Source: a virus. Taken from it: 38,287 bases of DNA. This document shows positions 8,103 to 16,172 of the stretch, in pieces. The translations under genes and the position numbers were made by a program. Within the stretch, counting starts at the first letter, position 1. Every line of letters starts with the position of its first letter. Under the pieces are notes generated by a model that was given only the letters and a program-made list of their open reading frames with translations, ran no database searches and was not told where the DNA came from. The stretch lies in the UHGV virus genome UHGV-1369766; one strand, 5' to 3'.

Positions 8103-8117
8103 AATACAAAGGATATT
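8103..8117. promoter_or_regulatory. OL operator-like site (AATAC-AAAGG-ATATT, one mismatch)
   Basis: Imperfect copy of the same motif. Confidence 0.4.
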
Positions 8118-8203
8118 TATTTTTTCGGTGTCTGCTTGTTCAGTGCTTTTTATGCGGGATATGTGAAGTGGATCCCGATAGCTATTGCTGCCGGGATTAT
8201 AGG

Positions 8204-8572
8204 TTAGTCAGCGAAGGTTAAGACGAGAATTACCTTAATGATGTCTGCTACAACAGACACGGCCATAGATAAACCAAAGACGATCCAAGCCACAGTGATG
8301 TCTTCACTACCATCGTATAGAGTTCCGTAATCACTGGTGTAAGGCGTAAATGTCGCGCCTTGATACAATAGGTATAAGCTTGATCCATAGAGGATAAATG
8401 CAGATATCCCTTGTATTGCTATGATCACCAGAATCATGAAACGAGCTGATCTATGCGCCCAAGCCTGGCTTATTTTTTCTGATAGAGATTTCGCAATAAA
8501 AGCATGCGCTAAGCCGTAAATTGTCGAGATTGCCAACATCCCAAAAAAGCTTGCTATAGCGGTTCCAACCAT
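8204..8572 (-). CDS. Small three-helix membrane protein downstream of cI (rex-position gene)
   Basis: 122 aa from the ATG at 8570-8572 (AAGGGG RBS, 17 nt after the cI stop); three hydrophobic segments; same strand and operon position as rexAB in lambda. Confidence 0.6.
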   Translation of the reverse strand: MVGTAIASFFGMLAISTIYGLAHAFIAKSLSEKISQAWAHRSARFMILVIIAIQGISAFILYGSSLYLLYQGATFTPYTSDYGTLYDGSEDITVAWIVFGLSMAVSVVADIIKVILVLTFAD

Positions 8573-8589
8573 AATCGCCCCTTGCGTGA

Positions 8590-9306
8590 TCAAACCAGCC
8601 TTAGTTTTGTCTCAATTGCAACGCCTATAATCTTGCAGTTTCCATTGATTGGCACGAGAGGCCATGCAGGATTAAGTCCCTTGAGGTATTTATTTCCGCC
8701 GTCGATTATCAGCTTCTTGAATGTTGCTTCGTTAGAGTCAGAAAGTTTTGCTATGACCAAGCTGCCGTTGATCGCCTCCCTTCCGGTATCGAAAAGAACG
8801 AATGTTCCCTCTGGAATGCTTAACCCAACCGGTGCCGTCATTGAATCACCTTCCACTTTAAGCCAGAACGCATTACCTTGAATATGCGCGTCAGACTCAA
8901 GCCAAACATCTATGTCTTTAATGGTGTATGGTTCGCATGCTTCACACCACGAGCCAGCCTGGATACTGCTTAACACCGGATACCTCTTTCCTGCTCTGTA
9001 TTCCCCTGCATACCTTACGTTGGCATCGCTCTTAAGGCTTTCTGCCTGTTCTGCAACCTTGGCAGCAATTGACTGGCTAAAATCAGCAATTGAGACTTGC
9101 AACAGTCGTGCAAAACCAGATGCAACCTCAACGTTTAGCGCGTTTCTGCCATTAAGATAATGCCCTACCGCTCCTTGGGTGATACCCAGTTCATCAGCGA
9201 TTGAGTATTGGGTTATTCCCAATTCTTTCTTTTTTGACTCATACAAAGCCTTAAGCCGCTTAGCGTCTTCGAGCTGTTCTGTCGTCAGTGATTTTTTATT
9301 TTCCAT
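8590..9306 (-). CDS. cI: CI-type prophage repressor (HTH plus LexA-like S24 peptidase domain)
   Basis: 238 aa; N-terminal HTH (QYSIADELGITQGAVGHYLNG), C-terminal autocleavage-type domain (...VEGDSM...KL...); divergent to cro across an operator-rich intergenic region. Confidence 0.9.
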   Translation of the reverse strand: MENKKSLTTEQLEDAKRLKALYESKKKELGITQYSIADELGITQGAVGHYLNGRNALNVEVASGFARLLQVSIADFSQSIAAKVAEQAESLKSDANVRYAGEYRAGKRYPVLSSIQAGSWCEACEPYTIKDIDVWLESDAHIQGNAFWLKVEGDSMTAPVGLSIPEGTFVLFDTGREAINGSLVIAKLSDSNEATFKKLIIDGGNKYLKGLNPAWPLVPINGNCKIIGVAIETKLRLV

Positions 9307-9317
9307 AGCTTAATTCT

Positions 9318-9332
9318 AATAGCTAAGGTACT
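9318..9332. promoter_or_regulatory. OR3-like operator (AATAG-CTAAG-GTACT, degenerate)
   Basis: Weaker copy, 24 bp from the next site, nearest cI. Confidence 0.35.
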
Positions 9333-9341
9333 TAAACTAAA

Positions 9342-9356
9342 AATACCCTGAGTATT
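9342..9356. promoter_or_regulatory. OR2-like operator (AATAC-CCTGA-GTATT)
   Basis: Perfect half-sites; overlaps the -35 of the PR candidate. Confidence 0.6.
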
Positions 9357-9383
9357 GATTGCTTTGAATACCTGTAGTATTCT
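9355..9383 (+). promoter_or_regulatory. PR-like early rightward promoter (-35 TTGATT, 17-bp spacer, -10 TATTCT)
   Basis: Hexamers overlap the OR2 and OR1 sites; ~30 nt upstream of cro. Confidence 0.5.
9367..9381. promoter_or_regulatory. OR1-like operator (GAATAC-CTGTA-GTATTC)
   Basis: Perfect 17-bp palindrome including flanks; overlaps the -10 of the PR candidate. Confidence 0.65.
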
Positions 9384-9412
9384 TTGTTCATGGTTAATAA
9401 CGGAGAGTGCAT

Positions 9413-9607
9413 ATGATTCGAATGACACTTGCCGATTACGCCAAAATCCATGGACAGGCTAAAGCAGCCAGTGACTTTGGTGTAATCCAGTGCGCTATCA
9501 GCAAGGCCATTCTGGCAGGTCGTAACATTATGGTTACGGTAAAGCCTGATGGCAGTGTGATTGGAGAGGAAGTTCGTCCTTTCCCAAGCAACAAGAAAAA
9601 CAAATAG
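9413..9607 (+). CDS. cro: Cro repressor
   Basis: [33 protein letters not shown]...FPSNKK closely parallels my recollection of lambda Cro; GGAGAG RBS before the ATG at 9413 (track ORF starts 6 nt earlier at GTG). Confidence 0.85.
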   Translation: MIRMTLADYAKIHGQAKAASDFGVIQCAISKAILAGRNIMVTVKPDGSVIGEEVRPFPSNKKNK

Positions 9608-9613
9608 TAACAC

Positions 9614-9658
9614 CGCTCTTTAACAGTCATGGTCATCATTCCCGCCGAAATGCGGGAA
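9614..9658 (+). promoter_or_regulatory. nutR (boxA CGCTCTTTAA plus boxB hairpin)
   Basis: boxA matches the lambdoid consensus CGCTCTT(T)A; followed 15 nt later by the TTCCCGCCGAAATGCGGGAA hairpin; lies between cro and cII. Confidence 0.7.
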
Positions 9659-9715
9659 TACAACGCGCATAAGTTGATGCGCATAACTTCTTATTAGTTA
9701 AGGAAATACTTACAT

Positions 9716-9994
9716 ATGCAACTTACAAGTACTCGCAAGAAAGCGAATGCAATTACAAGCAACATCCTGAATCGAATTGCTGTACGTGGTCAGCGAAAGG
9801 TTGCCGACGCGTTAGGGATTAATGAATCGCAAATTTCGCGATGGAAAGACAGCTTCATCCCAAAAATGGGAATGCTTCTGGCTGTTCTTGAATGGGGTGT
9901 TGAAGACGAGGAGTTGGCGGAACTGGCTAAGAAAGTAGCCAGAATGCTGACAAAAGAAAAAGCCCCGAAGAACGGCGAATTCTTCGAGGCCTGA
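9716..9994 (+). CDS. cII: CII transcriptional activator
   Basis: ...SQISRWK...IPKMGMLLAVLEWGV... matches the conserved lambda CII core as recalled; AAGGAA RBS. Confidence 0.85.
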   Translation: MQLTSTRKKANAITSNILNRIAVRGQRKVADALGINESQISRWKDSFIPKMGMLLAVLEWGVEDEELAELAKKVARMLTKEKAPKNGEFFEA

Positions 9995-10028
9995 TGTAGA
10001 AAGACTGGATCAATCCACAGGAGTAATT

Positions 10029-10190
10029 ATGACAAAACGTCGTAAGAAATACCAGGAAAAAGAAGAGATTCGACACCCTGATTCACCTGAGGGATTAGTG
10101 GTAGCCGCAGCAAATAACAGGGCGTTCGCAGAGCGCCTTGTTGGTGTTTACAGACTAGCCAAAGCAGGAGTGAAACATGGGCGTCGTTAA
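10029..10190 (+). CDS. Hypothetical small basic protein (53 aa)
   Basis: ATG with AGGAG RBS; not in the ORF track (<60 aa); overlaps the annotated start of the following gene. Confidence 0.3.
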   Translation: MTKRRKKYQEKEEIRHPDSPEGLVVAAANNRAFAERLVGVYRLAKAGVKHGRR

Positions 10191-11067
10191 GTTAGCTGAT
10201 TACAGGCATAACCCTGTACAACATCAGGAGGCATCCAGTATGGGGTATGTCTCTATACACCGCCAGTTTATGGACAGCAGGCTCTATAAGGACTCTCAGG
10301 CAGTACATCTTTGGCTTCACTTAATCCTCAAGGCTAATCACGAATCTACTGTCGTCAATACGGATATCGGGCCGATAACTGTTGATCGCGGTCAGATGAT
10401 AACTGGACGCCCGTCGCTGGTCAGAGAAACATTCATCCCCGACAACAAAGTTCGGAGCTTATTACGGACTTTTGAGTCGAAAGGGATGCTTAATATTTGC
10501 TCGATGGGGAAGAAATTTAGCCTGTTTACAATCGTTAAATATGACGATTTTCAGGCAAAAAATTGTCCAACGGTTGTCCAACGGTTGTCCAACGCAAACA
10601 CCAGTAATGGCGCGGCTCTCAGCGGAGATTGTCCAACGGTTGTCCAACGGTTGTCCATAAACAATAATATAAATAATATCTCTAATACTGACGTATTAGA
10701 GAGTGCCACAGCAGACAAAAAGTCTGACAAGAAAAAACCTTCCGTCAGCTGTCAGGATGTTGTCGATGCTTACCACGAAATCCTTCCTGAAGCGCCAAGA
10801 ATCCGCGCACTGAATGACAAGCGTAAAAACCAGATCCGAACGTTCTGGCGCAAAGCCGGAGTGATAACCCGCCAGCTTGACGGGCATGGGTTCACGATGC
10901 AGGACTGGAGAAATTATTTGAGCTACGTAGGCGAAAATTGCCGATGGATGTTCGAAGAACGCCCAAACCATCAACGCGGAACCGTCTGGCACAAAAAGGG
11001 ATTTGATTTCCTGCTTAACGACAATACCTACCTGAAAGTTCGTGAGGGTGAACACGATGACCGATAA
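10177..11067 (+). CDS. Replication initiator (lambda O functional analogue) with embedded origin iterons
   Basis: 296 aa ORF; the 11-bp iterons at 10563-10659 lie inside the coding sequence (encoding the repeated CPTVVQRLS peptide), as in lambdoid ori-in-O arrangements; stop overlaps the helicase start. An alternative start at ATG 10239 (AGGAGG RBS) is possible. Confidence 0.75.
   Translation: MGVVKLADYRHNPVQHQEASSMGYVSIHRQFMDSRLYKDSQAVHLWLHLILKANHESTVVNTDIGPITVDRGQMITGRPSLVRETFIPDNKVRSLLRTFESKGMLNICSMGKKFSLFTIVKYDDFQAKNCPTVVQRLSNANTSNGAALSGDCPTVVQRLSINNNINNISNTDVLESATADKKSDKKKPSVSCQDVVDAYHEILPEAPRIRALNDKRKNQIRTFWRKAGVITRQLDGHGFTMQDWRNYLSYVGENCRWMFEERPNHQRGTVWHKKGFDFLLNDNTYLKVREGEHDDR
10563..10700. 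repeat. Origin of replication: six 11-bp iterons (TTGTCCAACGG) in two triplets plus an AT-rich tract
   Basis: Direct repeats at 10563-10594 and 10629-10659, then aaacaataatataaataatatct; embedded in the initiator gene. Confidence 0.8.
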
Positions 11068-12493
11068 TTTTTATGCGCCTCCCCATAGCATCGAGGCAGA
11101 GCAGGCGGTTATTGGTGGATTGCTTCTGGATGATGACAGCAGTGAGCGCGTCCAGAAAGTTCTGGCGATGCTGAAGCCTGATTCATTTTACAGCCGACCA
11201 CACAAAATCATTTTCGAAGAAATAACCAGAATGCACCGGGAGCAAAAGCCAGTAGATGGCCTGACGCTTTTCGATGAACTGGAGCGTAAATCGTTAACGG
11301 CGTCTGTTGGCGGTTTTGCTTATATCGCTGAGATCGCAAAGAACACGCCAAGCGCCGCAAACATCGTTGCCTATGCAATGCAGGTTCGCGAAACCGCAAT
11401 GGAACGCTACGCCATCAACCGCATGACTGAAGCGACGGAATTGCTCTATTCCCGCAACGGAATGACTGCGACGCAGAAGTACGAAGCTATTCAGGCGATT
11501 TTCACGCAACTGACAGACCATGCAAAAACCGGATCGCGTCGCGGCCTTCGCTCATTTGGTGAGGTCATGGAAGACTGGGTTAGCGACCTTGAGAAGCGAT
11601 TTGACCCGTCAGGCGAACAACGAGGAATGAGCACAGGGATCCCATCGCTGGACAGGATGCTGTCACCGAAAGGTCTGGTGAAAGGCTCTCTGTTTGTCAT
11701 TGGCGCTCGCCCTAAGATGGGGAAAACGACGCTATACAGCCAGATGGCAATCAACTGCGCAGTGCATGAGAAAAAGCCCGCTCTGATGTTCAGCCTTGAA
11801 ATGCCCGGTGACCAGATACTGGAAAAACTGGTAGGACAGAAGTCAGGTGTTAACCCGAATATTTTTTACCTTCCGGCGACAAATGACGCTGATGACGGCT
11901 ATCAGGGTGATTACGATGGTGACTTCAACAGGGCGATCGAAACAGCCAATCGCTTGAGTGAAATCGACCTGCTTTACATCGACGACACGCCGGGATTATC
12001 TCTGGCTCAAATCGTCAGCGAAAGTCGTCGAATCAAGCGAGAAAAAGGATGTGTTGGCATGATTCTGGTCGATTACCTGACACTAATGACTGCTGAGAAG
12101 GCCGATCGCAACGACCTTGCTTACGGCATGATCACCAAAGGACTGAAGAACCTTGCCAAAGAGCTTGATTGCGTTGTTGTGCTTCTGACACAGCTTAACC
12201 GCGCACTGGAAAGTCGAACCAATAAACGCCCATTACCAAGTGACTCACGAGATACAGGGCAGATTGAACAGGATTGCGATTATTGGGTGGGGATCCATCG
12301 TGAAGGTGCTTTTGATGACAGTGTTCCACCTGGTGAAACCGAACTAATCCTTCGTCTCAATCGTCATGGCAATACCGGCACGGTGTATTGCATTCAGGCA
12401 AATGGCGCTATTTATGACACAGACCAACAGTCCGCTGAAATGCGCCGCCGTGAACGCGAGGAACCGCAGTCCAAGAAGAAAGGAGGATTCTGA
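11057..12493 (+). CDS. Replicative DNA helicase (DnaB family)
   Basis: N-terminal SIEAEQAVIGGLLLD motif, Walker A GARPKMGKTT, DnaB-like C-terminal motifs; start ATG at 11057 preceded by GAGGGTGAA. Confidence 0.85.
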   Translation: MTDNFYAPPHSIEAEQAVIGGLLLDDDSSERVQKVLAMLKPDSFYSRPHKIIFEEITRMHREQKPVDGLTLFDELERKSLTASVGGFAYIAEIAKNTPSAANIVAYAMQVRETAMERYAINRMTEATELLYSRNGMTATQKYEAIQAIFTQLTDHAKTGSRRGLRSFGEVMEDWVSDLEKRFDPSGEQRGMSTGIPSLDRMLSPKGLVKGSLFVIGARPKMGKTTLYSQMAINCAVHEKKPALMFSLEMPGDQILEKLVGQKSGVNPNIFYLPATNDADDGYQGDYDGDFNRAIETANRLSEIDLLYIDDTPGLSLAQIVSESRRIKREKGCVGMILVDYLTLMTAEKADRNDLAYGMITKGLKNLAKELDCVVVLLTQLNRALESRTNKRPLPSDSRDTGQIEQDCDYWVGIHREGAFDDSVPPGETELILRLNRHGNTGTVYCIQANGAIYDTDQQSAEMRRREREEPQSKKKGGF

Positions 12494-12521
12494 TGACCAT
12501 CTACATCACTGAGCTAATAAC

Positions 12522-12553
12522 AGGCCTGCTGGTAATCGCAGGCCTTTTTATTT
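12522..12553 (+). terminator. Intrinsic terminator after the helicase gene (tR2-like position)
   Basis: AGGCCTGC-tggtaatc-GCAGGCCT hairpin followed by TTTTTATTT. Confidence 0.6.
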
Positions 12554-12568
12554 GGGGGAGAGTAAATC

Positions 12569-12775
12569 GTGGCTGAGTTTATGCTCGTCGCATTCAAATG
12601 CGTTGGCGTTGGATGGATTCTTCTGACGTTTTTTATTGTTCTGCATAGCTACATTCGTCTTGTGAATGACGGCAAAGACCCATGGTATACGTTGTTTGGC
12701 GCTGCATTTGTCTGGGTGATTATCGGTGTTATGCCTGTTGTCGTAGCAAAAATGGCGTGGCGTTTTGTGAGTTGA
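12569..12775 (+). CDS. Small two-helix membrane protein
   Basis: 68 aa, GTG start with GGGGGAG RBS; hydrophobic; preferred over the overlapping minus-strand ORF because all neighbours are on the plus strand. Confidence 0.4.
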   Translation: MAEFMLVAFKCVGVGWILLTFFIVLHSYIRLVNDGKDPWYTLFGAAFVWVIIGVMPVVVAKMAWRFVS

Positions 12776-12792
12776 ACTGAGGGTAAGTATCG

Positions 12793-13056
12793 ATGGACGA
12801 ATCAAGAAAGCAGTTTGAAGAATGGTTTGAAAATTACACCGGATGTGATCCTAAAAATAAAATATACGCCAATATGGTTGAGATGTATTGGCAAGCGTGG
12901 CAGGCATCGCGAGCAGCTATCGAGATTGAGCTGCAAAAGCCAAAGAAAGGCCCACTTCCCGGTGATTATCACATTGGCTATGACTCAGGTGCAGAATCGC
13001 AATACGAAAGCGATGTAGAGGCTATCCGCGCCGCTGGAATCAAAGTGAAGGAGTGA
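12793..13056 (+). CDS. Hypothetical protein with Ea22-like C-terminal motif
   Basis: 87 aa; GAGGG RBS; C-terminus ...EAIRAAGIKVKE echoes the C-terminus of the Ea22-like protein at 2292..2969. Confidence 0.5.
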   Translation: MDESRKQFEEWFENYTGCDPKNKIYANMVEMYWQAWQASRAAIEIELQKPKKGPLPGDYHIGYDSGAESQYESDVEAIRAAGIKVKE

Positions 13057-13244
13057 GCATGAGTCGACGAAGTAGCTTTTTGGGGTTTGTAATATTCCTG
13101 TTCTGCACTGGTTACATCGTAATCTGGTCAATTTCGAACATTGACCGTGGCGTGGCATATCTCATTGTAATGTTCTTTCCTTTGTTTCTTGGGTGGTACG
13201 CCGCAAGGTTGCTGGAAGAATGGGGTTACAGGCATAAAAAATAA
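13053..13244 (+). CDS. Small two-helix membrane protein
   Basis: 63 aa; AAGGAG RBS; start overlaps the upstream stop. Confidence 0.5.
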   Translation: MSMSRRSSFLGFVIFLFCTGYIVIWSISNIDRGVAYLIVMFFPLFLGWYAARLLEEWGYRHKK

Positions 13245-13301
13245 AGGAGTGTTCAGTGAAGCAAACCCTTTTTTATTGGATTAAGAACGAGGGGGATCCT
13301 G

Positions 13302-13514
13302 ATGGACACCGTTAACGGAATGTGTTCAGACGCACCGCGTGCCAAAAAATGTAAATGCGGAAAATCACCGACAATATTCGACATGGAGAACGGGTGCCAA
13401 ATCTACTGCGCTAACCACGCTGCTGTGGCGGCCGCGAATTATCGCAGTGCGGTAACGGAGTGGAATAACATGAAATCTGTTAGAGAGGGAAGTCATGAAA
13501 AAACTAACCTTTGA
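13302..13514 (+). CDS. Hypothetical Cys-rich small protein
   Basis: 70 aa; GAGGGGG RBS; CKCG...C...C pattern. Confidence 0.5.
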   Translation: MDTVNGMCSDAPRAKKCKCGKSPTIFDMENGCQIYCANHAAVAAANYRSAVTEWNNMKSVREGSHEKTNL

Positions 13515-13935
13515 AATTCGATCTCCAGCACATCAGCAAAACGCTATTCACGCAGTACAGCAAATCCTTCCAGACCCAACCAAACCAATCGTAGTAACCA
13601 TTCAGGAACGCAACCGCAGCTTAGACCAAAACAGGAAGCTATGGGCCTGCTTAGGTGACGTTTCTCGTCAGGTTGAATGGCATGGTCGCTGGCTGGATGC
13701 AGAAAGCTGGAAGTGTGTGTTTACCGCAGCATTAAAGCAGCAGGATGTTGTTCCTAACCTTGCCGGGAATGGCTTTGTGGTAATAGGCCAGTCAACCAGC
13801 AGGATGCGTGTAAACGAATTTGCGGAGCTATTAGAGCTTATACAGGCATTCGGTACAGAGCGTGGCGTTAAGTGGTCAGACGAAGCGAGACTGGCTCTGG
13901 AGTGGAAAGCGAGATGGGGAGATCGGGCTGCATGA
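13495..13935 (+). CDS. ninB: NinB (Orf) recombination protein
   Basis: MKKLTFEIRSPAHQQNAIHAVQQILPDPTKPIVVTIQERNRSLDQNRKLWACLGDV... is near-identical to my recollection of lambda NinB. Confidence 0.9.
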   Translation: MKKLTFEIRSPAHQQNAIHAVQQILPDPTKPIVVTIQERNRSLDQNRKLWACLGDVSRQVEWHGRWLDAESWKCVFTAALKQQDVVPNLAGNGFVVIGQSTSRMRVNEFAELLELIQAFGTERGVKWSDEARLALEWKARWGDRAA

Positions 13936-14459
13936 CTATCAAATCAAATACGCCAGCACACGACAAGGACTGCTGGCAAACGCCGCTTTGGCTTTTTGAT
14001 GCACTGGATATTGAGTTTGGATTCTGGCTGGATTCGGCAGCGAGCGACAAAAATGCTCTGTGTGCTCACTGGCTAACTGAGGCCGACGACGCGCTCAATT
14101 CTGAGTGGGTAAGCCACGGTGCAATCTGGAATAACCCACCGTACAGCAATATCAGGCCGTGGGTGGAAAAAGCTGCTGAGCAGTGCATACAACAGCGACA
14201 GACGGTAGTGATGCTTGTGCCAGAGGATATGTCTGTCGGATGGTTCAGCAAGGCTCTGGAGAGTATTGACGAAGTTCGCATCATCACTGATGGACGGATT
14301 AATTTTATCGAACCATCGACGGGGCTGGAGAAGAAGGGAAACAGCAAAGGCTCCATGCTGCTGATTTGGCGACCGTTCATCAGTCCTCGACGGATGTTTA
14401 CTACTGTATCCAAAGCGGCATTGATGGCGATCGGGCAGGGCGTCAGGAGGGCGGCATGA
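13932..14459 (+). CDS. Phage Dam-type DNA N6-adenine methyltransferase (orphan)
   Basis: ATG overlaps the ninB stop (ATGA); contains WNNPPYS (the (D/N)PPY catalytic motif); no adjacent restriction endonuclease gene. Confidence 0.8.
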   Translation: MTIKSNTPAHDKDCWQTPLWLFDALDIEFGFWLDSAASDKNALCAHWLTEADDALNSEWVSHGAIWNNPPYSNIRPWVEKAAEQCIQQRQTVVMLVPEDMSVGWFSKALESIDEVRIITDGRINFIEPSTGLEKKGNSKGSMLLIWRPFISPRRMFTTVSKAALMAIGQGVRRAA

Positions 14460-14638
14460 GGCGACAGCGACGAAGCATCACCGACATAATCTGCGAAAAC
14501 TGCAAATACCTTCCAACGAAACGCTCCAGAAATAAACGCAAGCCAATCCCAAAAGAATCTGACGTAAAAACCTTCAATTACACGGCTCACCTGTGGGATA
14601 TCCGGTGGCTTAGAGAACGTGCGAGGAAAACAAGGTGA
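14456..14638 (+). CDS. ninE: NinE
   Basis: [52 protein letters not shown]... matches lambda NinE as recalled; AGGAGGG RBS. Confidence 0.8.
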   Translation: MRRQRRSITDIICENCKYLPTKRSRNKRKPIPKESDVKTFNYTAHLWDIRWLRERARKTR

Positions 14639-14805
14639 TTGACCCAAATCGAAGTTACGAACAAGAAAGCGTCGAGCGGGCTTTAACGTGCGCTAACTGC
14701 GGTCAGAAGCTGCATGTGCTGGAAGTTCACGTGTGCTCCGATTGCTGCGCAGAACTGATGAGCGATCCGAATAGCTCAATGTACGAGGAAGAAGACGATG
14801 AATGA
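14635..14805 (+). CDS. ninF: NinF (56 aa)
   Basis: GTG start overlapping the ninE stop; ...[29 protein letters not shown]...[12 protein letters not shown]... matches lambda NinF as recalled; below the ORF-track cutoff. Confidence 0.7.
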   Translation: MIDPNRSYEQESVERALTCANCGQKLHVLEVHVCSDCCAELMSDPNSSMYEEEDDE

Positions 14806-15523
14806 GTTAATAAATGGCAATGCCATCAAAATGACAAGCATTGAAATCGCTGAGTTGGTAGAAAGCCGCCATAGCAATGTAAAAGTATCCATAGATAGAT
14901 TGGTGAAACGTGGCGTTATCAAGCCTCCTGCATTGCAGCACACTAACATAATCAATGATTTAGGTGTTATTACCGGGAAGCGTGATTTCTACGTCTTCGA
15001 GGGCGAACAAGGAAAGCGAGACAGCATTATTGTCGTCGCCCAATTGTCGCCGGAATTCACCGCTCGTCTTGTTGACCGTTGGCGAGAGCTTGAAGAAACT
15101 GCGGTTAATATCCCCAAAACGCTACCAGAAGCGTTGCGCCTTGCTGCTGATCTTGCTGAGCAGAAAATGCAACTGGAAAACCAGCTCGCAATTGCCGCAC
15201 CTAAAGTTGAGTTTGCCGATCGCGTTGGCGAGGCCAGCGGAATTTTGATTGGAAACTTTGCAAAGGTTGTCGGTATTGGCCCAAACAAACTGTTTGCATG
15301 GATGCGCGATCACAAAATCCTTATTGCTTCAGGTTCCCGGCGCAATGTGCCAATGCAGGAATATATGGATCGCGGCTATTTCACAGTGAAAGAAACAGCG
15401 GTCAACACAAATCACGGAATACAGATATCGTTCACCACAAAAATCACCGGGCGTGGTCAACAGTGGCTGACCAGAAAGCTGCTCGATAACGGAATGCTGA
15501 AAGTAACAGGGGAGGCTGCTTAA
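14798..15523 (+). CDS. Phage antirepressor-like protein (N-terminal Ant/Rha-type domain, KilA-C-like C-terminus)
   Basis: 241 aa; the N-terminal SIEIAELV...NV... and C-terminal ...FAKVVGIGPNKLFAWMRDHKIL... patterns are typical of this antirepressor family. Confidence 0.7.
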   Translation: MNELINGNAIKMTSIEIAELVESRHSNVKVSIDRLVKRGVIKPPALQHTNIINDLGVITGKRDFYVFEGEQGKRDSIIVVAQLSPEFTARLVDRWRELEETAVNIPKTLPEALRLAADLAEQKMQLENQLAIAAPKVEFADRVGEASGILIGNFAKVVGIGPNKLFAWMRDHKILIASGSRRNVPMQEYMDRGYFTVKETAVNTNHGIQISFTTKITGRGQQWLTRKLLDNGMLKVTGEAA

Positions 15524-15813
15524 TGGCTAACCTACGCAAAGAAGCGCGCGGCAGAGAATGCCAGGTACGTATTTACGGCGTATGCAATGGCAATCCTGAA
15601 ACTACAGTTCTGGCACATTACCGGATGGCTGGAATTTGCGGAACGGGAATGAAGCCTGACGACCTGATCGGCGCATGGGCTTGTAGTGACTGCCACGCGG
15701 AGATCGACCGACGCACAATGATTCTCGACAACAAAGACGCCAGACTTTACCACCTCGAAGGCGTGATCAGGACGCAGGCGATACTGCTGAAGGAGGGGAA
15801 GATTAAGTCATGA
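15523..15813 (+). CDS. YbcO-like (DUF1364) nin-region protein, putative nuclease
   Basis: ...RGRECQVRIYGVCNGNPETTVLAH...C..C..DCHAEIDRR... resembles DLP12 YbcO as recalled; start overlaps the upstream stop. Confidence 0.7.
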   Translation: MANLRKEARGRECQVRIYGVCNGNPETTVLAHYRMAGICGTGMKPDDLIGAWACSDCHAEIDRRTMILDNKDARLYHLEGVIRTQAILLKEGKIKS

Positions 15814-16172
15814 ACGAATATCAGTTTGTGCTTCCATACCCACCGTCGCTGAATACTTACTGGCGAAGACGAGGAAGCCAATACTACATCAGCGATAAAG
15901 GCCAGAAATACCGAAAAGACGTTCAGCAAATCATTCGCCAACTCAAGTTAGACATTTTCACCAAATCACGACTCCGTATCAAAGTCATCGCAGACGTTCC
16001 AGACTCCCGCCGCCGCGACCTCGACAACATCCTGAAAGGTTTACTCGACTCCCTTATCCACGCCGGATTTGCGGAAGACGACGAGCAATTCGATGACATT
16101 CGCGTAATTCGTGGTGTGAAAGTACCAGGCGGAAGGCTTGGAATAAAAATCACCGAACTGGAGAACGCATGA
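15810..16172 (+). CDS. rusA: Holliday junction resolvase RusA
   Basis: 120 aa; PPSLNTYWRRRG...D.DN..K...D motif typical of RusA. Confidence 0.85.
   Translation: MNEYQFVLPYPPSLNTYWRRRGSQYYISDKGQKYRKDVQQIIRQLKLDIFTKSRLRIKVIADVPDSRRRDLDNILKGLLDSLIHAGFAEDDEQFDDIRVIRGVKVPGGRLGIKITELENA

Noticed and set aside
7642-8109. Track ORFs 7642..8058 (+) and 7912..8109 (-) between N and the membrane gene
   Set aside because: They cover the PL promoter, OL operators, nutL and the N leader, and lack convincing ribosome-binding sites.
12548-12805. 85-aa minus-strand ORF overlapping the plus-strand small membrane ORF
   Set aside because: All neighbouring genes are on the plus strand and the plus-strand alternative has an RBS; minus-strand ORF judged a shadow frame.
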